Source: a bacterium
GTDB lineage: Bacteria; Arandabacterota; Arandabacteria; Arandabacterales; Arandabacteraceae
Direction: 5' to 3'
NCBI GenBank assembly: GCA_029933125.1
Contig: JAOZOU010000004.1
Location: 200,879 to 264,878 of the forward strand
Length of the DNA: 64,000 nucleotides
The position numbers and the translations under genes were made by a program. This document shows positions 58,893-64,000 of this stretch, in pieces. The notes under the pieces were generated by a model. The model did no database searches. It was given only the letters and a program-made list of their open reading frames with translations, and had not been told where the DNA came from. The number at the start of each line of letters is the position of its first letter. Position 1 is the stretch's first letter.

Positions 58893-60035
58893 ATGACCAA
58901 GCAGAAGCATCTTTTTACTTCAGAATCGGTTACCGAAGGTCATCCCGACAAGATTGCTGATCAGATTTCAGATGCAATACTTGATGAAATCATGGCTCAG
59001 GATCCCGATGGTAGAGTCGCCTGTGAGACAATGGTAACGACCGGTCTGGCTTTTGTTGCAGGTGAGATAACAACTAGCTGTTATGTTGATATACCGTCTA
59101 TTGTCCGCCGTGTGATAAGAGAGATCGGATATGTTGACGCCTCTTTCGGCTTCGACTACAAGACTTGTGCAATTCTGACATCAATCGACGAACAATCTCC
59201 AGATATAGCCCTTGGGGTTAACAAGGAAGGTGCAGGTGACCAGGGTATGATGTTTGGCTATGCAAGGAGAGAGACCCCGGAACTCATGCCTCTACCGATT
59301 ATGCTCGCCCATAAACTCGCTCGAAAGTTGGCTGAAGTCCGTAAGAACAAAGAGATTGATTATCTGAGACCAGATGGAAAGACACAGGTTACTGTCGAAT
59401 ATGAGAACGGTGAACCAATTGGTGTAAAGGCTATTGTTGTGGCTGCCCAGCACGAGCCTGACGTTAGTGCTAAACAGATTGAGGAAGATATAATCGAGAA
59501 GGTGATCAAACATGTGGTTCCAGCAGATCTTATTGGAGATGACATAAAGTACTACATAAATGCGACGGGTAAATTCGTCATCGGCGGGCCTCAGGGTGAT
59601 TGCGGTCTTACAGGTAGAAAAATCATTGTTGATACCTACGGGGGCGTTGGGAGCCACGGTGGGGGTTGCATGTCGGGTAAGGATCCTACGAAGGTCGACA
59701 GATCGGGTTCCTATATGGCTCGTTATGTGGCTAAGAATGTTGTTGCTGCAGGTCTTGCAGATGAGTGTGAGGTGCAGGTTGCATATGCAATTGGTGTGGA
59801 CAGGCCAGTATCGATAATGATCGATACGCACGGAACCGGTGTTGTGCCTGATGAACAGCTGGTCAAGGTTGTAACGAAGAATTTTGATTTCCGTCCGAGG
59901 GCAATTATCGAGACACTGAAGCTTCGGCGTCCAATCTATCGGAGAACAGCAGCTTATGGGCACTTTGGCCGAGAAGAAGAAGGTTTCACCTGGGAAATCA
60001 CTGATCGCGTTGAGGATCTAAAGAGATCTGTCTGA
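58893..60035 (+). CDS. metK: S-adenosylmethionine synthetase
   Basis: [42 protein letters not shown]. Confidence 0.98.
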   Translation: MTKQKHLFTSESVTEGHPDKIADQISDAILDEIMAQDPDGRVACETMVTTGLAFVAGEITTSCYVDIPSIVRRVIREIGYVDASFGFDYKTCAILTSIDEQSPDIALGVNKEGAGDQGMMFGYARRETPELMPLPIMLAHKLARKLAEVRKNKEIDYLRPDGKTQVTVEYENGEPIGVKAIVVAAQHEPDVSAKQIEEDIIEKVIKHVVPADLIGDDIKYYINATGKFVIGGPQGDCGLTGRKIIVDTYGGVGSHGGGCMSGKDPTKVDRSGSYMARYVAKNVVAAGLADECEVQVAYAIGVDRPVSIMIDTHGTGVVPDEQLVKVVTKNFDFRPRAIIETLKLRRPIYRRTAAYGHFGREEEGFTWEITDRVEDLKRSV

Positions 60036-60045
60036 GGGGGTAGAG

Positions 60046-61302
60046 ATGGAATACGACGTTCGGGACAAGTCTTTGGCACCGAAAGGGAAGCTGCGCATTC
60101 AATGGGCAGAAGGCAATATGCCTGTGCTCAGCATGATTGCACAGAGATTCAGGAAGGAACGTCCTCTAGATGGCGTAAAAATATCGGCATGCCTCCACGT
60201 TACTACTGAGACCGCAAATCTGATGAGAACTCTTAAGGCTGGAGGTGCTGAGGTGCGCCTGTGCGCCTCCAATCCTTTGAGTACTCAAGACGACGTTGCC
60301 GCATCACTTGTTGTAGATCATGGCATAAGTGTTTTCGCAAAACGTGGGATTGATTCGTCAGGCTACTATGAGCACATAAGGGCTGCTCTGAGTTTCTCTC
60401 CAAACATCACTATGGACGACGGAGCGGATCTCGTCTCCACTCTCCATTCTGAGATGAAGAATATGATCGCCGGCGTAATCGGGGGAACCGAGGAGACGAC
60501 AACGGGGGTCATAAGGCTCAGAAGTATGGCAAGGGAAGGGGCTCTTAGCTACCCCATCATCGCGGTAAATGATGCTATGACAAAGCATCTCTTTGATAAT
60601 AGATACGGCACAGGACAAAGCACCATAGATGGCATATTAAGAGCGACAAATGCTCTCCTTGCTGGTTCAAAGGTTGTGATAGCTGGATATGGTTGGTGTG
60701 GTAGGGGGCTTGCCGCGAGAGCTCGTGGAATGGGGGCGAATGTGATAGTTACAGAGGTTGATCCTCTCAAGGCGCTAGAAGCTGTTATGGAGGGTTTCAC
60801 AGTTCTACCGATGGATGAAGCTGCCCGCATTGGTGATATTTTCATAACAGTTACTGGCAACACTTCAGTGATTCGCCGCGAGCATTTTGAGACCATGAAG
60901 GATGGAGCAATAGTTGCTAATTCAGGCCATTTCAATGTCGAAATCGACCTTGATGAACTTGAGAAGATGAAGAAGTCAAAGCAGGTTGTAAGAGACAATG
61001 TTGAGGAATATGTGGTCGATGGCGGCAGGAGAATAAGGGTGCTGGGCGAGGGAAGGCTGATAAATCTGGCTGCCGCAGAGGGGCATCCAGCCACTGTAAT
61101 GGATATGAGCTTTGCAAATCAGGCTTTGTGCATCGAGCATCTCGTAAAGGCCGGTAGGCATATGAAACCAGGTGTTTATGGTGTTCCTGAGGAAATCGAC
61201 AGCAGCGTGGCAAGTCTGAAGCTTAAGGCTCTTGGGGTCAAAATCGATACTCTGACTGAGAAGCAGCGCAAATACCTGGCATCCTGGAAGGCAGGAACCT
61301 AA
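60046..61302 (+). CDS. ahcY: Adenosylhomocysteinase
   Basis: [42 protein letters not shown]. Confidence 0.97.
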   Translation: MEYDVRDKSLAPKGKLRIQWAEGNMPVLSMIAQRFRKERPLDGVKISACLHVTTETANLMRTLKAGGAEVRLCASNPLSTQDDVAASLVVDHGISVFAKRGIDSSGYYEHIRAALSFSPNITMDDGADLVSTLHSEMKNMIAGVIGGTEETTTGVIRLRSMAREGALSYPIIAVNDAMTKHLFDNRYGTGQSTIDGILRATNALLAGSKVVIAGYGWCGRGLAARARGMGANVIVTEVDPLKALEAVMEGFTVLPMDEAARIGDIFITVTGNTSVIRREHFETMKDGAIVANSGHFNVEIDLDELEKMKKSKQVVRDNVEEYVVDGGRRIRVLGEGRLINLAAAEGHPATVMDMSFANQALCIEHLVKAGRHMKPGVYGVPEEIDSSVASLKLKALGVKIDTLTEKQRKYLASWKAGT

Positions 61303-62387
61303 TGCTTCTCAGCCCGCAATATGAGGGCAATTCCGCAAGCGGCAAACACGAAATTACCCAGCCAGGCTGCTATGAAGGATGGCAGTAAAGCATGGTCTCC
61401 GAGGGTCTGGCCAACCCGAATGAAGCCATAATAGATGAAAGTAATGGCCAGACCCAATCCCACTCCGATAGCGATGCCTCCCCTTCTCAGACGTGCTGAT
61501 AGGGGGGCACCGATCAGGATGACGACGAGATTGGTGAAGGGAAAAGCAAGTTTCATGTTAAGACCTACCCGGTAGCGGGTCGGATCACCTCCGCTTTCTT
61601 CTATACGTCTGACAAGTCGTCTGAGCTCGCGGTAACTCATCTCCTCTGGTTTTCTTTGTTCGCGAACTATATCACTCGGATTATCTCGTAGGTTTGCGAA
61701 AGTACCCTCAGGGATGTAAGCCTCCCTTTTGACTTCGCCATTCTCATCGAACCATCGTACCCAGGCATCAACAAAAACCCATACAGAATCTTTCCATATG
61801 GCTTTCTTGGCATTGAGACGATAGATGAGTTCTTCGCCTGCTGTCTTCTCGACGACGACTTCGTTCATGGTTTTCCTGTAAGTGTCAAACTCAGGAGTGA
61901 AGTAGAAAACCCCTGATTCACCTCTGTAGCTGATATTGATTTTCTTGTGAGGCTGCCTGCGTACCTTGGGCTTTTTAATCTCCGTCGCTTTTATCTTTCT
62001 CACGGTTGAATTGGTTTCAGGTTCAACGAGCTCACCAAGAGCGAGTGAGACCAGGCTTGCTATAAGGCCAACGGCGACGAGGGGCACAACGGTTCTAAGA
62101 AACCTTATCCCGGATGCCCGCATGGCTACCAGCTCGCTATGCCTAGCCATCTGTCCCACTGTAAAAAGGCATGCTATAAGCGTAGCGATGGGGAGGGTAA
62201 GATTAAAAATGTATGGAACCTGGTACGCATAGTATTTTAGAACTGTCAGGATATGGACATCGTTGTCCACAAAATCATCCACATTCTCAACCATGTCCAG
62301 GCTTATAAAGACAACGAGGAAGGCGATGCTTCCAATGCATATCGTTTTGGCTGTCTCTCTCATCATGTACCTATCAAGGATTCTCAC
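61299..62387 (-). CDS. lptG: LPS export permease LptG
   Basis: [17 protein letters not shown], YjgP/YjgQ topology, AAWL.N..F. Confidence 0.85.
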   Translation of the reverse strand: MRILDRYMMRETAKTICIGSIAFLVVFISLDMVENVDDFVDNDVHILTVLKYYAYQVPYIFNLTLPIATLIACLFTVGQMARHSELVAMRASGIRFLRTVVPLVAVGLIASLVSLALGELVEPETNSTVRKIKATEIKKPKVRRQPHKKINISYRGESGVFYFTPEFDTYRKTMNEVVVEKTAGEELIYRLNAKKAIWKDSVWVFVDAWVRWFDENGEVKREAYIPEGTFANLRDNPSDIVREQRKPEEMSYRELRRLVRRIEESGGDPTRYRVGLNMKLAFPFTNLVVILIGAPLSARLRRGGIAIGVGLGLAITFIYYGFIRVGQTLGDHALLPSFIAAWLGNFVFAACGIALILRAEKH

Positions 62388-63715
62388 TTAAGAAGGCTCC
62401 TTAGCCATTTGGTAAGCCGGGCTGGTACGAAGGGCAGCTCCTTATTGGCACGTATAAACAAATAGATACCAACAGCACCCAAAACAATGTTTGCTGCCCA
62501 CATCGAAAGTGAAGGCAGTACGTAGCCTCTATCAGCAAGTTTCTCACCGGCTGTCAAGAAGGCATAGTAGATAGCAAAGAAACCTGAACTGATGACCATG
62601 CCAGCACCTGCGCCACCTTCCTTTGCCCTAACCGCAATTGGCACACCGAGCAAAACGAAGACAACGCAGGCAAAGGAGATTGCAATTTTCTTATGCACCT
62701 CAACCGATAGGGATCTTATCTTACGTCTATAAGAATTTGCCTGATCTCTCAAAGTTTTGAGTCTATCGGTTGCGTGTTCAAGAGTGCTCGCAAGACTTCC
62801 TGTTGCAACACCCAGAGAATCAGATGTGACAAGCCTATCTCTAATGGCTGCGGCTTCTGTCACAGATTCACTTACGGTGCTGGCTACTTCATCTTCAACC
62901 GCATACAGTTTTGTTTTGTATTTTTCGATTTCGTGCATAAGGCCACCGATGCTAAGCTCACGGTCACCCCTGTACTTCCTGTCAACCTTGACAAGCTTAC
63001 TACCAGCTTCTGGTATGTTGAGAGTATGCTCAGTAAATTTCACCCGAAGATACCTTCGAGGATCCTTGGGATCGACGTCATGGATTTCCCCATCATAGAG
63101 TTTTATTACGAGTGTTGTGCCATCAGCTGCGTAGTATATCTCGCCATGGTCAGCCCTTATTGTCTGTGCTGGTTTGCCTTCGACAAGCTTAGAGATTGTT
63201 ACACCTTCTATCTTCCTGCCCCTGGCTTTTTGCACAAGTATGCTATATCCCTTTATGTCGTTCATGAAAATGCCATCCCTGAGTTGAAGGGCAGGCTTTT
63301 TCTTGTGTATAGCTATTAGCAGGTTTGCTAATCTATGGTTGGTCTCGGGAACTACATAGTTGTGAACTGGTATCATGGCGAGGGAAAGCGCAAATGAGGC
63401 GATTATCAGAGGCTTGGCGATTTGCGTAAGGCTTAGACCCGCGGTTCTCATTGCCACAATCTCATTGTCAGATCCCAGTCGCATGAAGGATATTAGAACT
63501 GCTATCAGTACGGCCATAGGAACAGCCATGACAACCATCCAGCCAAGGCTTAAGACGAGTAGCTCAATGGAAGTTGTGATAGGTACCCCTTTGCCTATCA
63601 AGGTCTCGAGGTTCTTGTAGAGGAAATTAAGGATAAGTATGAAAATGACAACGAACATTCCAAAGAGGAAAGGCGGAATCTGTTCTTTGAGCACATACTT
63701 ATGGAGTGTCTTCAT
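62384..63715 (-). CDS. lptF: LPS export permease LptF (with helical insertion)
   Basis: Start ATG 63715 (MKTLHKY); DNEI.AMR..G; E.HKK.A..FAC..F...G.P; upstream of lptG. Confidence 0.85.
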   Translation of the reverse strand: MKTLHKYVLKEQIPPFLFGMFVVIFILILNFLYKNLETLIGKGVPITTSIELLVLSLGWMVVMAVPMAVLIAVLISFMRLGSDNEIVAMRTAGLSLTQIAKPLIIASFALSLAMIPVHNYVVPETNHRLANLLIAIHKKKPALQLRDGIFMNDIKGYSILVQKARGRKIEGVTISKLVEGKPAQTIRADHGEIYYAADGTTLVIKLYDGEIHDVDPKDPRRYLRVKFTEHTLNIPEAGSKLVKVDRKYRGDRELSIGGLMHEIEKYKTKLYAVEDEVASTVSESVTEAAAIRDRLVTSDSLGVATGSLASTLEHATDRLKTLRDQANSYRRKIRSLSVEVHKKIAISFACVVFVLLGVPIAVRAKEGGAGAGMVISSGFFAIYYAFLTAGEKLADRGYVLPSLSMWAANIVLGAVGIYLFIRANKELPFVPARLTKWLRSLLK

Positions 63716-63855
63716 CAGTACACCAGCGTATCCCAAAGTGGTCACCATCTATCGTGCCAGGTGCCAAGTTATTATATGCATTCTCAAAGAGCAAGTGCAC
63801 TTTTATTTTAGTATATTCAAGGGGTTTGAGCGATTGTGAGGAATGTTGAAGAAAC

Positions 63856-63870
63856 TGGCATGGAAATTGC
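63856..63870 (+). promoter_or_regulatory. Sigma-54 promoter
   Basis: TGGCATG-GAAA-TTGC, a near-consensus -24/-12 element in an intergenic region. Confidence 0.7.
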
Positions 63871-63910
63871 GGACAAACCCCCACGGGGAATGCTCTGCCG
63901 GAGTGCGTCT

Positions 63911-64000
63911 GTGAGGCATAAAGCGTGTTCAAGAATAGTTCTGGGGTGGCTGTTTCTCTTTGTCCCGATCTTTGCCGTAGGGGCTTGGGCCCGGGATGTT
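63911..64000 (+). CDS. 5' end of an exported protein (truncated by window edge)
   Basis: GGAG RBS then GTG 63911 giving MRHKACSRIVLGWLFLFVPIFAVGAWARDV, a Sec signal peptide with AWA cleavage site. Confidence 0.6.
   Translation, partial: MRHKACSRIVLGWLFLFVPIFAVGAWARDV

Noticed and set aside
59292..59963. 223-aa minus-strand ORF (similar shadows at 37390-38019, 40517-41185, 46759-47367, 60549-61094)
   Set aside because: Antisense to conserved housekeeping genes; expected codon-bias artefacts
63745..63767. Tandem TGGCAC on the minus strand upstream of lptF as a sigma-54 site
   Set aside because: No GC at the required -12 spacing
1..64000. CRISPR arrays, tRNA/rRNA, transposases, integrases, prophage or defence genes
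   Set aside because: None seen; intergenic gaps are all under ~200 nt and no such protein motifs were found

Overview
Gene-dense, almost entirely + strand chromosomal segment. It comes from a diderm, LPS-producing, probably anaerobic bacterium; an FCB-related or candidate-phylum origin is inferred from the PorV-family barrels, GWxTD proteins, LGAC-type LptC and the hprK/ptsH/ptsI-metK-ahcY synteny. No rRNA, tRNA, CRISPR or mobile element was seen. The left ~28 kb is an envelope/uptake region: three uncharacterised membrane proteins, a lipoate ligase, and two paralogous copies of a cassette (TonB-dependent receptor + secreted acidic FnIII-like protein with a T9SS-like C-terminal domain + PorV/UPF0164 barrel). 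The cassettes bracket two GWxTD proteins, ExbB-ExbD-ExbD-TonB, a Yip1/TolC/MacA/two-permease transporter with no local ATPase, and a peptidoglycan-peptide/D-Glu catabolic trio (NlpC/P60, DUF1611, dipeptide epimerase). This is the best candidate for an undescribed system: a SusCD-like uptake machine that may use a PorV-held surface protein instead of a SusD lipoprotein. Next come an HdrC-HdrB-dihydrolipoamide dehydrogenase operon and housekeeping genes: bamD, nadD (apparent CTG start), a Vor-type 2-oxoacid:ferredoxin oxidoreductase, a radical SAM fusion, rng, rplU-rpmA, split fumarase, kds/pyrG, an lpxL-like gene, lptC-lptB-rpoN-lipA-hpf-hprK-ptsH-ptsI, metK, ahcY and lptFG. Two sigma-54 motifs and several sigma-70 promoters are visible. 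All family calls come from motif recognition by eye; no database searches were run.
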